Assembly (NCBI GenBank): GCA_037444405.1
Contig: JBBIML010000012.1
Location: forward strand, 64,001 to 128,000
Source of the DNA: Armatimonadota bacterium
GTDB taxonomy: Bacteria > Armatimonadota > Fimbriimonadia > Fimbriimonadales > GBS-DC
Reading direction: 5' to 3'
Length of the DNA: 64,000 bases
Under the pieces are notes generated by a model that was not told the origin of the DNA, searched no databases, and saw nothing but the letters and a program-made list of their open reading frames with translations. Both the position numbers and the translations under genes were made by a program. Within the stretch, counting starts at the first letter, position 1. Every line of letters begins with the position of its first letter. Shown here piece after piece: positions 38,958 through 49,773 of the stretch.

Positions 38958-39848
38958 TCATTTCTCAAACAGCCAGAGCTGCACATTGCGGTAGAGGCGG
39001 GCAAGCTCGCAGGCGCGGGGCGCACCCAGCACGCACGCAGCGGTTGCGAGGCTATCGGCGGTGATGCCGTCGGGCGCGCGAACGACCGCCAGCACCAGCC
39101 GTGTCAACCCCAGCCCCGTGCGCGGGTCAACGATATGCGCATATCGCTTACCACCAATCTCCACGAACTGCTCCGTGCTGCCCGAGGTGGCGAGCGCGCA
39201 TCGGCTCAGGCTCAGCACGCGCGGCAGCGGCGTCGCTGGCTCCTCGGGAGCAGGACGCGCCACCTCAATCTGCCAGCCATGCTGATCGGGCGGCGGCTCG
39301 CCGACCACCATATCGCCGCCCATCTGCACCAGCGCGCGCCGAATGCCGAACCGTTTCAGCGTGCGCAGGGCTTCGTCGCAGGCGTAGCCTTTGGCGATGC
39401 CGCCCAGATCGAGGCGCATGCCGCTGACGGCAAGTCGGGCGGCGCGTCGGCGCAGACTCAGCTCCAGCTTGCGCCAGCCGACTCTGGCTCGCGCGGCGTT
39501 CAGAGTCGCCTCATCGGGCAGTTGCCCTGTGCGGCGCGCCTCCCGCCAGAGCTGCGTCAGGGGTCCCACCGTGATATCGAACGCCCCGCTGGTTTGCTGC
39601 GCCAGGCGCTGCGCTCGCCATAGCACATAGAACAGCTCCTGGCTCACCCGCACCCAGCGTCCGACGGCTTGCTCGCACAGGCGCATCAGCTCGCTGTCGG
39701 GGCGATAGTCGCTCATTTTCGCCTCCAGCTCGCTCAGGCGATGATAGGCAGCCCGGCACGCCTCCAGCGCCAGCGATTCGCGCCCGGCGTAGACCACCAG
39801 CCGCGCCTCCACCCCCATCCGCACCTGCCGATACTCAAACCGCTGCAT
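38958..39848 (-). CDS. apbE: FAD:protein FMN transferase (ApbE family)
   Basis: MG..S.YRPDSEL, GAFDITVGPL, LDLGGIAKGY, MGGD, ATSG, HIVDPRTG, ADSLAT. Confidence 0.93.
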   Translation of the reverse strand: MQRFEYRQVRMGVEARLVVYAGRESLALEACRAAYHRLSELEAKMSDYRPDSELMRLCEQAVGRWVRVSQELFYVLWRAQRLAQQTSGAFDITVGPLTQLWREARRTGQLPDEATLNAARARVGWRKLELSLRRRAARLAVSGMRLDLGGIAKGYACDEALRTLKRFGIRRALVQMGGDMVVGEPPPDQHGWQIEVARPAPEEPATPLPRVLSLSRCALATSGSTEQFVEIGGKRYAHIVDPRTGLGLTRLVLAVVRAPDGITADSLATAACVLGAPRACELARLYRNVQLWLFEK

Positions 39849-39956
39849 GGGCAATCCTGTGGATGGCTGAAGCCACGCTTCAGCGGTTCAGCCGCCAGAC
39901 TGAAAGTTTACCCGCGATAGGATTCCGCAGGGGTATACTGAATGTGGTGAGAGGCG

Positions 39957-40526
39957 ATGGCGACCGTGCCTTCTAAAGCGCATCCTCGCCCCCCGCGCAA
40001 GCGCAGGTGGAGCGAGGCGGATCTGCTCCGCCTGCCTGATGATGGGCGCAAGTACGAACTGGTTGACGGGAGGCTCAGGGAGGTGCCCACAGGCGGACAG
40101 CATGGATGGCTGGGTGTGCGGCTCAGCGCCCGCATTTTGGCGTTGCGGGCAGAGAGCCTCTATGTGTTCGATTCCAGCACGGGCTTCCGCATGCGTGGGG
40201 GCAACATTCGTAGCCCCGATGTGGCGGTGATGCGGCGCGAACGCCTGCCCGACGGCAAGCCGCCCATCGGCTTCATCGACGGCGCGCCCGATCTCGCCGT
40301 TGAAATCGTCTCACCATCGGAAGACCCGCACGATCTACTGCGCAAAATCGGTGAATATTTCGATTCGGGCGCGCAGGAGGTGTGGCTCCTGCTGCCGGAG
40401 CGCAGAATGGTTCACCGCTATCGGGCGCCGCTGGAGGTGGAGATACTGCGGGCAGAAGACACGCTCATGGGCGGCGAGCTATTGCCTAACTTCGCTGTGC
40501 AGGTGAGCGAGCTGTTCGCCGATTGA
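39957..40526 (+). CDS. Uma2 family endonuclease
   Basis: KYELVDG, RSPDVAV, APDLAVEIVSPS, YFDSGAQEVW. Confidence 0.93.
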   Translation: MATVPSKAHPRPPRKRRWSEADLLRLPDDGRKYELVDGRLREVPTGGQHGWLGVRLSARILALRAESLYVFDSSTGFRMRGGNIRSPDVAVMRRERLPDGKPPIGFIDGAPDLAVEIVSPSEDPHDLLRKIGEYFDSGAQEVWLLLPERRMVHRYRAPLEVEILRAEDTLMGGELLPNFAVQVSELFAD

Positions 40527-40564
40527 CAGGGAACGCCTCTATCGTGTAGAATCGAGTCGTTGCG

Positions 40565-41443
40565 ATGAGACGGCTGAGTCTGAGCGACTGGTGTCGCTAT
40601 CTGGAGAGCCAGTTTGTGGAGGAGGGTCAAACGCCCGCACCGCAGGAGTCGCCGAGCCAGAGCGAGACGGCTGCGGTGCAACCTGCTGCTGAGCCGGAAC
40701 GCCCGCCCGTATCCCTGACGCCACTGCCTCCTGCCCGCGAGGTGGCGAAGCCATCACCTGAATGGGCGTCCGCGCCTGTCGCGGCAGTGCCCGCGCGTGA
40801 AGCGGCGGAGCCGCTGCCTTCCACCGCTCGCGAAGCTTACGCCGTCATCTCCATTCGCGTGCCCGACTTTCTGGCGTTTGTGCCGCTGCTGCGTGAGGAG
40901 CTGGGTCTGCCCACACCCGAACCTGTTCAGGCGAGCGAACTCGAGCGCGACGCTCAAGCCACTGCGGGCGAACCTGAACGGGGCGCTCAAGCCGCTGCGA
41001 CTCAGCCGCAGGGGAGCCGTGCCCCTCAACCCGTGCGGACCGCTGAGATTGCGCCGCGCCTGCGCAAACGCCGCGCCCGACAAACTGACCCCGAAGCGCT
41101 GATCCCGCCCGAAATGGACGAAATCTGGGCGAAACTGCCCCGCTACCTGCGCTACCTGTCGGAGTGGACAGACGACAGCGTGACGGACAAGTATTATCCT
41201 GTGCGGGGTCGCGAGAGTCGCGAGGAGCTGATCGCCCGCCTGACGGATCCCGTGCTGACGCTGGAGGAGGTCGCCCGCCTGCTGGGGGTCTGCCCCGCGA
41301 CGGTGCGCCGCTACACCAATCGCGGCTGGCTGCGCCACTTCCGCACCGAAGGCAACCAGCGACGGTTTCGACTCTCCGATGTGGTGGCGTTTCTGGAGGA
41401 GCAGATGAAGCGCGTGCCGCGTGGCAGTCGTGTCCGACGCTGA
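40565..41443 (+). CDS. Protein with a low-complexity N-terminal region and C-terminal MerR/excisionase-like (BldC-like) HTH
   Basis: LTLEEVARLLGVCPATVRRYTNRGWLRHFRTEGNQRRFRLSDV. Confidence 0.85.
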   Translation: MRRLSLSDWCRYLESQFVEEGQTPAPQESPSQSETAAVQPAAEPERPPVSLTPLPPAREVAKPSPEWASAPVAAVPAREAAEPLPSTAREAYAVISIRVPDFLAFVPLLREELGLPTPEPVQASELERDAQATAGEPERGAQAAATQPQGSRAPQPVRTAEIAPRLRKRRARQTDPEALIPPEMDEIWAKLPRYLRYLSEWTDDSVTDKYYPVRGRESREELIARLTDPVLTLEEVARLLGVCPATVRRYTNRGWLRHFRTEGNQRRFRLSDVVAFLEEQMKRVPRGSRVRR

Positions 41444-41466
41444 GCCGCGCCGCAAGGAGACCCGCC

Positions 41467-42642
41467 GTGAAAATCGCCCTCTTCTCGGAGAGCTACCTGC
41501 CCTACCTGAACGGGGTCAGCATCTCCATTCGCATCTTGCGGGACGAACTGCAGCGGCGCGGGCACGAGGTGTGGGTCTACGCGCCGCGCTTTCGGAACCA
41601 CACCGACGACTCGCCGTATGTACGCCGATTCCCCGCCTTCTACACGCCGTTCGAACCCGACTACCCGATTGGCTGGCTCTACGCGCCGCGCCTGTGGCGC
41701 GAATGGCGTCAGCAGGGGTTCGATATCGTGCATACGCACACGCCCTTCTTTGTGGGCATGGCGGGCGCCAGCTGGGCACGACGCACCCGCACGCCCCTGG
41801 TCAGCACCTTCCACACGCTGTATGAGGAGTATCTGCACTATGTGCCCTCGATAGTGCCACGCGGACTGATACGGCGCGTGTTGCGCTGGCATCTGCGTCG
41901 CTACTATGAGGGCGTGGACGCGATTATCACGCCATCGGAAGTCGGCGCGGCAGTGCTGCGTCGATACGGGGTGCGCAAGCCCATCACGCCCATTCGCAAC
42001 CCTGTGCTGCCGTTCCCCGACCTCAGCAAAGAGCAGGCACGCGCCACGCTGGGCATCCCGAACGAGGTCTGGATGCTGCTCTATGTGGGGCGCATGGCGC
42101 CTGAAAAGAATGTGCATGTGCTGTTGCAGGCGATGCCGCAGGTCGTGCGCGAGTGCCCGAACGCTCACCTGTGGCTGGTTGGACCGGGACCCTCGCTCGA
42201 ATCGCTTCAGCAGCAAGCCGAATCGCTCAGCATCAGCGACCATGTGCAGTTCACGGGACCGGTGCCGCGCGAGCAAGTGTCGCTCTATATGCTCGCCGCC
42301 GATCTGTTTACCTTTCCATCGGTCACGGAGTCGCAGGGGCTGGTGCTGGACGAGGCGCAGGCGGCGGGTCTGCCCTGCATCGTGGCGAACGGGGGCGGCG
42401 CGCCCGAAGCTGTTGAGTACGGCAAGTGCGGGCTTATCGTGGAGCCGACGCCGCAGGCGTTCGTTGAGGCGATTCTGCGCCTCACCCGCGATTCACACGA
42501 GCGCGACCGCCTGCGTCAGGCAGGTCTGCACAAGCGCGAAACGCTCTCCGTGCCTGCGGTGGTGGATCGCATCCTGAAAGTTTACGAGCAGGCGCGTGCG
42601 AACAGGCTCCCCGCCGCCGCAATTGACGCTTCTCGTGCCTGA
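41467..42642 (+). CDS. Glycosyltransferase family 4 (glycolipid synthase-like)
   Basis: KIALFSESYLPYLNGV, HTHTPF, TFHTLYEEY, YVGRMAPEKN, ESQGLVLDEA; GTG start with AAGGAG RBS. Confidence 0.92.
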   Translation: MKIALFSESYLPYLNGVSISIRILRDELQRRGHEVWVYAPRFRNHTDDSPYVRRFPAFYTPFEPDYPIGWLYAPRLWREWRQQGFDIVHTHTPFFVGMAGASWARRTRTPLVSTFHTLYEEYLHYVPSIVPRGLIRRVLRWHLRRYYEGVDAIITPSEVGAAVLRRYGVRKPITPIRNPVLPFPDLSKEQARATLGIPNEVWMLLYVGRMAPEKNVHVLLQAMPQVVRECPNAHLWLVGPGPSLESLQQQAESLSISDHVQFTGPVPREQVSLYMLAADLFTFPSVTESQGLVLDEAQAAGLPCIVANGGGAPEAVEYGKCGLIVEPTPQAFVEAILRLTRDSHERDRLRQAGLHKRETLSVPAVVDRILKVYEQARANRLPAAAIDASRA

Positions 42643-42742
42643 AAGGGGCGCAGAAGCTCTATTACCGCCAGCAATGGTGGGCGCATGGTCTTTCTATCCC
42701 TCACTACTGAGTGTGCGGAATAGCAAATGAGATAAGAAGTCT

Positions 42743-44817
42743 CTAACAACCACTTCCAAAGTTGAGTAAAACAGTTAGTAGATCGGCATCATCAATAAAT
42801 CCGTCCATATTGAGGTCAGCCAATCCCCCTTCCTGACCAAAGGTCAACAGCACTTGAAGCAGATCAGCATCATCCACGCAACCATCACCGTTCACATCGC
42901 CTTGCTGCCAGAACGGATTGCGCGCCACCACAACTGCTCCATCCAATCGTCCATAGGCGAAAAACTGACCATTCGACGAGAACTGGATAGAATTTATACC
43001 CCCTCAACCTCTTCTGTGTATCGTCTTAGCAGGATCCCATCACTCACATCCCACAGCCAGATGTAGTTGCCTGCGGCAATGATTCGGCGTCCTTCAGGAG
43101 AGAAATCAACAGATTTAAAAGATTCTGTTATGCCTATGCCTGCACTGAATGTGTTTATCAAAGCTCCATCATCAATTCGCCACAGGCGAACTGTGCCATC
43201 GCCGCTTCCGGACGCCAGCAGTTGCCCATCGGGAGAAAAGGCGACCGATTCAACTGGACCTCCATGTCCGACGAAAACATCTGCCAATTCTCCGTCTGGC
43301 ACGCGCCACAAGCTGATCATATATTCATAGTAAGAGCTACCTGCTGCCAGCCACTGTCCATCAGGTGAAAAGGCGACGGAAAGAACTCTGGTTGTGTGCC
43401 AGAAGAGTGTATTTGCAAGGAAACCGTCGGCGACACGCCACAGGCGAATTGTGCGATCTTCTCCTGCAGATGCCAGCAGCTGCCCATCAGGGGAAAAAGC
43501 CACCGAAAAAGCCGCACTGATATGTCCTACGAGTGTGCGCATCAGTAAGCCGTCAGAAACGCGCCATAGGCGAATAAAATAGTCATCGCCGGCAGCGGCA
43601 AGCAGTTGACCATCTGGTGAGAAAGCAATGGAATAGACTCTCACTGGGGTAGTCCAGCTGGAGATAAGGGCACCATCTGAAGCACGCCATATTCGTATGG
43701 TCCGATCGGGGCTTCCTGAGGCGATGAGCTGCCCAGTTGGTGAAATGGCTATTGAGCTGACCGCGTCTGTGTGTCCGCTAAAAGCACGCATCAGAGTGCC
43801 GTCCGATACGCGCCACAAGCATGGGGTGCCGCCACCAGAAGCCAGCAACTGTCCATCGGGAGAAAAAACAACAGCGCGAAAATCAAAGGGATTACTGGAT
43901 GTAATCCGCAGGACAGGGGTGCCGTCCGCTACACGCCAGAGCCGAATCGTGCGATCACTGCTGCCAGAAGCCAGCAATTGCCCGTCGGGAGAGAACGCAA
44001 CCGTATTAACAGGGAATGCATGTGCGGTGATTGTGTTGATCAGACTGCCATCCGCAACACGCCACAGACGAATCGTGCGATCACCACCCCCCGATGCCAG
44101 CCACTGTCCATCCGGCGAAAAGGCGACCGCATACACGCTGGAAGTATGTCCTGTAAGCGTTCGAATCGGCGCACCGTCAGAAACGCGCCATAAACGAATG
44201 GTCCCATCTTCGCCTGCCGAAGCCACCAGTTGCCCATCGGGAGAAAAGGCAACACTGTAAACCGCGGCGGAATGCCCCGTAAGATTGAGCACCTGTGCGC
44301 CATCCGAAACGCGCCAGAGACGAAGGGTTCGATCGGCTCCTCCAGAAACTAACAGCTGTCCGTCGGGTGAAAACCCAGCGGTGTAGACCCCCGCCGTATG
44401 CCCTCTAAAGATACCCACCTGTGCGCCATCGGCAAATCGCCACAGGCGAATGTTCGTGTCTTCACCGGCCGATGCCAGCAATTGTCCATCGGGTGAGAAG
44501 GCAACGGTAGAGAGCGCTCTGCTGGATGCTCTAAGGGTGTGACGCGGCGCACCATTTGCCGCACGCCAGGTCTTCAGCTTACCGTAACGATCCACTGTTG
44601 CAAGCCACTGACCATCGGGGGAGAGAGCGATGGCGGTGCTACCCGTTTCACCGCTTGCCAGCCAGACAATATCGGGTCTCCCCTGAGCAAGCCCCCCCAA
44701 GGGTAAGCAGGCAAGCGTAGCGAGGCAGACAATTCGCACTGCTTGTCGAAGAGCGTGCGAATATTCTAAACATGCCGTCAACAGCGCAACCCGTCTAGCC
44801 ACGCAACCCGTTTGCAT
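42743..44817 (-). pseudogene. Secreted WD40-repeat protein with C-terminal dockerin-like domain, frameshifted at a G5 tract (42999-43003)
   Basis: Roughly 14 SPDGQ..ASG.D..IRLW repeats; adding one G restores alignment to the neighbouring paralog through the dockerin-like tail. Confidence 0.85.
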
Positions 44818-44865
44818 CGGTCATGTCCTCCTCACAGCGATCCTCAATTGCTTCATGCATCTATC

Positions 44866-46905
44866 TCAGCACCCCTCACTGAAATGGAACAGTACGGTAA
44901 GCAGGTCCACATCGTCCACGCGCCCATCGTTATTTAAATCGGCACTACCACCCCCCTCACTACCAAACGATTGGAGCACCTGAATCAGGTCAGCATCATC
45001 CACGCAACCATTTCCGTTCACATCACCCGGTTGCCAGAAGGGGTTTCGTGCCAGTGCCACCGTTGCATCCCAGCGGGCATAGCTGAAAAGCTGTCCACTG
45101 GGTGAGAATTGAATCGAACTCACATCTCTGTCGGTCTCCTCATCGTAGGTCTGCAAAAGCACTCCATCGGACACACGCCATATTTTAATTTCCCCTACGT
45201 ATCGTGAACCGTTCCAGTAGTTGCCAGCGGAGGCAAACCGCTGCCCATCAGGAAGAAAGACCACCGCACTGATCAGAAACTCGTGCGCAGGGAGTGCGTA
45301 CAACAGGCTGCCATCAGAGACGCGCCATACGCGAACTGTACGGTCGCTGTAACTTCTTGCTCCAGAGAGAAGCAGCTGCCCATCAGGTGAGAAAGTAAGA
45401 GAGCCGACACTGCCTGTATGTCCTACCAGAGTGCGCAGGAGAGCGCCAGTGGCTGTGTGCCATATCCAGATTGTACCGTTCTGACCACCTGACGCCACCA
45501 GCTGTCCATCTGGTGATAGAGCAGCGGCAAATATCTGCTCCGGGTGGGTCAGGGTTCGGACCAAAACACCATCCGCAACTCTCCAGAGGCGTATTGACCA
45601 ATCCCCCGCCGAGAGGAGAAACTGACCATCGGGTGAAAAGATTACCGAACGAACCCCGGTCTCGTGCGCCATGAGTGTATAGAGCAAGGAACCATCGCTT
45701 ACGCGCCATAAGCGAACGACTCTATCCTCGCCGCCTGTAGCCAGAAATTGATCGTCAGGCGAAAACGCCAGAGTATTGAGATATAAATGATGAGCCAAAA
45801 TGAAGCGCAGCGGCTGTGAATCGAACACTCGCCATATCCAGACAATCCCATCCGCACCCCCAGATGCCAGCAACCGTCCATCATGAGAGATAGCAACCAT
45901 TCTGACCGAGCTCACATGCCCCGTGAAGATTCGCACCTGTCTGCCCGCACGTATATCCCACAAGCGAGCTGTCTGATCGGAGCTTCCCGAAAGAAGCCTC
46001 TCTCCATCGGGTGAAAAACTGAGAGAGGAGATAAGCCCGCTGTGTCCTACAAATCGGAGTACGCGTTCACCATCCGAGACGCGCCATATCAGAATTTTCC
46101 GATCCTCGCTCCCGGAAGCCAGTAGCTGACCATCCGGAGAGAAGGCAACGGAGTAAGCTGGGCGCGCATGCCCCGTTAGTAACCTGACCTGCGCCCCATC
46201 TTCCATGCGCCAGAGCCGAACCGTGAAGTCTTCACCAGCAGACGCAATCAGTTGCCCATCAGGGGCGACAGCAACCGCATATACGCTCCCTGTGTGTCCC
46301 GTCAAAGTGCGCATCAATCGTCCATCCGAAACGCGCCATATGCGAACCGTCGAGTCCCAGCTGCAAGAGACCAGCCACTGCCCATCGGGCGCGAATGTAA
46401 CGGCGTTAACAGCACCTGTGTGCCCCGCAAGGGTACGAACGCGCTGCCCGTTCGAAACACGCCATAACTGTATAAGCTGATCACCGCTACCCGAAGCAAT
46501 CAATTGCCCATTCGGTGAAAAAGCGACCGCATTAATATATACTGACTGTGCGTACTGAATCGTGCGTATAAGCGCGCCATCCACTACGCGCCAGAGCCGA
46601 ATCGTACCATCCTCACCCCCAGAAACCAGCAGCTGCCCATCAGGTGAAAAGGCAATAGAGCGTACACCAGCTGTATGCCCCACCAGACTCCGGATCAGCA
46701 CCCCATCAGCAATACGCCAGAGCTTTATTGTCCCGTCATTCGTGCCACCAGCCGAAGCAGCGATCGCCCCATCAGGTGAAAACGCAACAGCATTTACTAT
46801 ATCGGTATGACCACCCCGCATCCAGGCAATATCAGGCGTTCTTTGTGCAAGGACAGGAGCAGGTATTTGCCCGATTAGCAGGGATAGGGTAGCCCCCACG
46901 AACAA
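44866..46905 (-). CDS. Secreted WD40-repeat protein with C-terminal dockerin-like domain
   Basis: Signal-like N-terminus, about 14 GH..FSPDG..W repeats, GDVNGNGCVDDADL..DLNNDGRVDDVDLLTVLFHFSEGC; exact start uncertain. Confidence 0.9.
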   Translation of the reverse strand: MFVGATLSLLIGQIPAPVLAQRTPDIAWMRGGHTDIVNAVAFSPDGAIAASAGGTNDGTIKLWRIADGVLIRSLVGHTAGVRSIAFSPDGQLLVSGGEDGTIRLWRVVDGALIRTIQYAQSVYINAVAFSPNGQLIASGSGDQLIQLWRVSNGQRVRTLAGHTGAVNAVTFAPDGQWLVSCSWDSTVRIWRVSDGRLMRTLTGHTGSVYAVAVAPDGQLIASAGEDFTVRLWRMEDGAQVRLLTGHARPAYSVAFSPDGQLLASGSEDRKILIWRVSDGERVLRFVGHSGLISSLSFSPDGERLLSGSSDQTARLWDIRAGRQVRIFTGHVSSVRMVAISHDGRLLASGGADGIVWIWRVFDSQPLRFILAHHLYLNTLAFSPDDQFLATGGEDRVVRLWRVSDGSLLYTLMAHETGVRSVIFSPDGQFLLSAGDWSIRLWRVADGVLVRTLTHPEQIFAAALSPDGQLVASGGQNGTIWIWHTATGALLRTLVGHTGSVGSLTFSPDGQLLLSGARSYSDRTVRVWRVSDGSLLYALPAHEFLISAVVFLPDGQRFASAGNYWNGSRYVGEIKIWRVSDGVLLQTYDEETDRDVSSIQFSPSGQLFSYARWDATVALARNPFWQPGDVNGNGCVDDADLIQVLQSFGSEGGGSADLNNDGRVDDVDLLTVLFHFSEGC

Positions 46906-47085
46906 TTTGCGACCCCTGACGAACCCCTCTCCTGTTATTGCCTGCCAGCTCCTGCTTTGTATTCGCTTTCAACCTCCTGCCCGATGATTCCCGTGTGAAT
47001 GGCTAAGGAATTATACCCCTCATAACCGCTGATTCCTGCATCGAGAAGGAACGGTCACGCAACATGCTCAGAGGCATATCAGGAT

Positions 47086-48387
47086 TTACTTCGCCAGGCG
47101 CAGGATGGCTTCGGCGAGGCGGGTCGGGTCGTGGCGCACGAAGTCGCTCTCGCTGATAAAATCGCCCGTGACCACCCTGTAGCCCATCGCGCGGATGCGG
47201 TCCACATCGGGCACGACCATCTCCTGCCCGCTGGCGCGATACCGCTCCAGCATTTCGGGGCTGGGCATGCGCGTGTTGACCAGCACATAATCAAACACGC
47301 GCCGACCCACATGCGCCTCGATCGCCCGCACATGGTCGGATGCCGTGAAGTTGTCGGTCTCGCCGGGCTGGGTCATCACATTGCACACATAGATGCGGAT
47401 GGCGTCGGTCGCCTGCAGGGCGTCGGCAATCGCGGGCACGAGCAGGTTCGGAATGACGCTGGTGAAGAGGCTTCCTGGACCCAGCACCACCACATCCGCC
47501 TGGCGGATGGCTTCGACGGCTTCAGGCGGCGCGGGCGGGTCCGGCGGCTTCAGATGCATGCGACGGATGCGCGCAGGATAGGCGACAATCGCCGTCTCAC
47601 CCTCCACGCAGGTGCCGTCCTCCATCTCGGCGAGCAGGTTCACATGGCTGAGCGTGGAGGGCAGCACGCGCCCGCGAATCGCCAGCACCTTGCTCATCTC
47701 GCGCACCGCCTGCTCAAAATCGCCCGTGATTTGCGTCATCGCGGCAATCAGGAGGTTGCCCACCGAGTGCCCGCCCAGCGTGCCCGATTCGGAGCGGAAC
47801 CGATGCTGGAGCAGGGCGGTCATCGCGCCTTCAGCGTCGGCTAAGGCAATCAGGCAGTTGCGGATGTCACCGGGTGGCAGAATGCCCAGCTCCTGGCGCA
47901 GGCGCCCCGACGAGCCGCCGTCGTCGGTCACCGTCACAATCGCCACGATGTTGGCGGTGTAGCGTTTGATGCCGCGCAGCATGGTGGACAGTCCCGTGCC
48001 GCCACCGATCACCACCACGCGCTTACCATGCGCCATCAGCACATAGCGGGACAGCACATCCCACACGCGCCCGCTCACGCGCGGCTGCAAAATGTTCACC
48101 AGCGTGCGCCATGCGCGGCGTAGCCCCCACCACCAGAGCATGCCGCCAGCCGCTATCAGCGCCGTCCCAATCGCGATTCGGGCGACCTGCACGCCCTGCG
48201 CGGTGCTCAACCGATCGCGCAAAAAGGCATCCAGGGTGCTGTAAGCCGTCTCCAGCCAGCGCGATGGCTGACCCATCAACAGCACATAGACGCCCAGCAA
48301 TGCCACCAGCACGCCGACGCTGGAGAGCAGTAGCCAGCGCTTCACCCGAATACCTGGCAGCAGCCACCGCAGGCGCTCGTTGGGCAT
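47086..48387 (-). CDS. yvcK: YvcK/GlmR family UDP-GlcNAc-binding protein with N-terminal TM extension
   Basis: [57 protein letters not shown]. Confidence 0.93.
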   Translation of the reverse strand: MPNERLRWLLPGIRVKRWLLLSSVGVLVALLGVYVLLMGQPSRWLETAYSTLDAFLRDRLSTAQGVQVARIAIGTALIAAGGMLWWWGLRRAWRTLVNILQPRVSGRVWDVLSRYVLMAHGKRVVVIGGGTGLSTMLRGIKRYTANIVAIVTVTDDGGSSGRLRQELGILPPGDIRNCLIALADAEGAMTALLQHRFRSESGTLGGHSVGNLLIAAMTQITGDFEQAVREMSKVLAIRGRVLPSTLSHVNLLAEMEDGTCVEGETAIVAYPARIRRMHLKPPDPPAPPEAVEAIRQADVVVLGPGSLFTSVIPNLLVPAIADALQATDAIRIYVCNVMTQPGETDNFTASDHVRAIEAHVGRRVFDYVLVNTRMPSPEMLERYRASGQEMVVPDVDRIRAMGYRVVTGDFISESDFVRHDPTRLAEAILRLAK

Positions 48388-48388
48388 C

Positions 48389-49261
48389 TCACTCCTCACC
48401 TCGCTCGATATCGCGATGCTCCACGCTCACGCGGTAGCCCTGCCGCTCGAACCACTTCTGCAGGGTGTCCACCAGCACCACGGAGCGGTGTCGCCCGCCT
48501 GTGCAGCCGATGCCTATCGTCAGATAAGCCTTGCCCTCCTGCTCATACTGGGGCAGCAGGTGCTTCAGGAAGCGTTTCAGCTGCCTTATGAATCGCCGGG
48601 TTTGCGCGTCGCTCAGCACATAGTCGCAGACGGCGGGGTCGGTGCCGGGGCGAGGTTGCAGTTCGGGCACATAGTGCGGGTTGGGCAGGAAGCGCACATC
48701 GAACACGAGGTCGGCGTCGGCTGGAATGCCGTATTTGTAGCCGAAGGAGATGAGCCGGATGCGCAGCGGGGCGTGGTCGCCCACCTCGCGATAGAGGGCG
48801 CGAATGGCACTGCGCAGCTCCTGCGGGCGGAAGAGGGTGGTGTCCAGCACGCGGTCGGCTATCGCGCGCAGGGGCGCCAGCAGCGCGCGCTCGCGCTCGA
48901 TGGCGTCCGTGAGCGCCGTCTGCTGCTGGGCGAGCGGGTGCGGGCGGCGCGTCTCCTTGAAACGGCGCAGCAGCACCTCGTCCGCGCAGTCCAGAAACAG
49001 CACCTCGATGGGGCAACAGCCGGCACGCCACTGCTCGATGCGGGCTGCCGCCTCGTCGAGCGGTTCACCCGCGCGCGTGTCGATGACCACCGCGACGCGC
49101 TGACCTTCGTCCACCCGCGCCTTCAGCGAGCCAAGCAGCGAGGGCAGCAGGTTATCGATGCACAGGTAGCCGATGTCTTCGAGGGTCTGCAGGGCGAGCG
49201 TTTTGCCCGCGCCCGACACACCTGTCAACACAATCCATCGCCCCCGACCCTTCTTCGCCAT
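48389..49261 (-). CDS. rapZ: RNase adapter RapZ (YvcJ)
   Basis: TGVSGAGKT, CIDNL, RRFKETRRPHPL, SFGYKYG, DVRFLPNP, IGCTGGRHRSV. Confidence 0.96.
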   Translation of the reverse strand: MAKKGRGRWIVLTGVSGAGKTLALQTLEDIGYLCIDNLLPSLLGSLKARVDEGQRVAVVIDTRAGEPLDEAAARIEQWRAGCCPIEVLFLDCADEVLLRRFKETRRPHPLAQQQTALTDAIERERALLAPLRAIADRVLDTTLFRPQELRSAIRALYREVGDHAPLRIRLISFGYKYGIPADADLVFDVRFLPNPHYVPELQPRPGTDPAVCDYVLSDAQTRRFIRQLKRFLKHLLPQYEQEGKAYLTIGIGCTGGRHRSVVLVDTLQKWFERQGYRVSVEHRDIERGEE

Positions 49262-49268
49262 CCGCGTC

Positions 49269-49766
49269 TCATCTCCTGCTGGGCGCCAGCACCAGTATTG
49301 CAAGCATACCCTGAATCAGCCCCACGAGGGTACCCTCCACCACGGCTGCTGCCGGGTTGCCCACCAGATAGCCTGCCAGCGCCAGCCCGCCCAGCTGGGT
49401 AAGCAGCCACATCAGCAGGATGCCCCCCACAACCGCAATCGCCATCAGCGCGGCGCGTCGCGCCCGCCGCCCAAACAGCGCCGCTGCACCCGTCAGCAGC
49501 GCGACGGGCAGGCTCAACAGCGCGCTCACGCCCAGCGACTCCTGCCAGTACGGGCTGGGCTGCACATCGAGCGCCAGCACCACGCGCTCGCCCCAGCTGT
49601 AGGGCGGCTCGCGGTCAACCGCCTCAGTTCCGTACCGCGACTCCAGTCGATTCTCCAGCCACTGACGCAGCTGATCCAGTCCCCACAACACCCCGAAGTG
49701 CGCCGCCGTCAGCAGCCCATATAATCCCAGCCAGAGCGCGAACGCTCGCAGAAAACGCGCTATCAT
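49269..49766 (-). CDS. Hypothetical membrane protein
   Basis: About four hydrophobic segments; sits in the operon with yvlD-rapZ-yvcK. Confidence 0.7.
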   Translation of the reverse strand: MIARFLRAFALWLGLYGLLTAAHFGVLWGLDQLRQWLENRLESRYGTEAVDREPPYSWGERVVLALDVQPSPYWQESLGVSALLSLPVALLTGAAALFGRRARRAALMAIAVVGGILLMWLLTQLGGLALAGYLVGNPAAAVVEGTLVGLIQGMLAILVLAPSRR

Positions 49767-49773
49767 AACCGGC

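Noticed and set aside
40565..41443. Excisionase of an integrative element
   Set aside because: No integrase or att repeats; the long N-terminal extension and host-like composition argue for a chromosomal regulator
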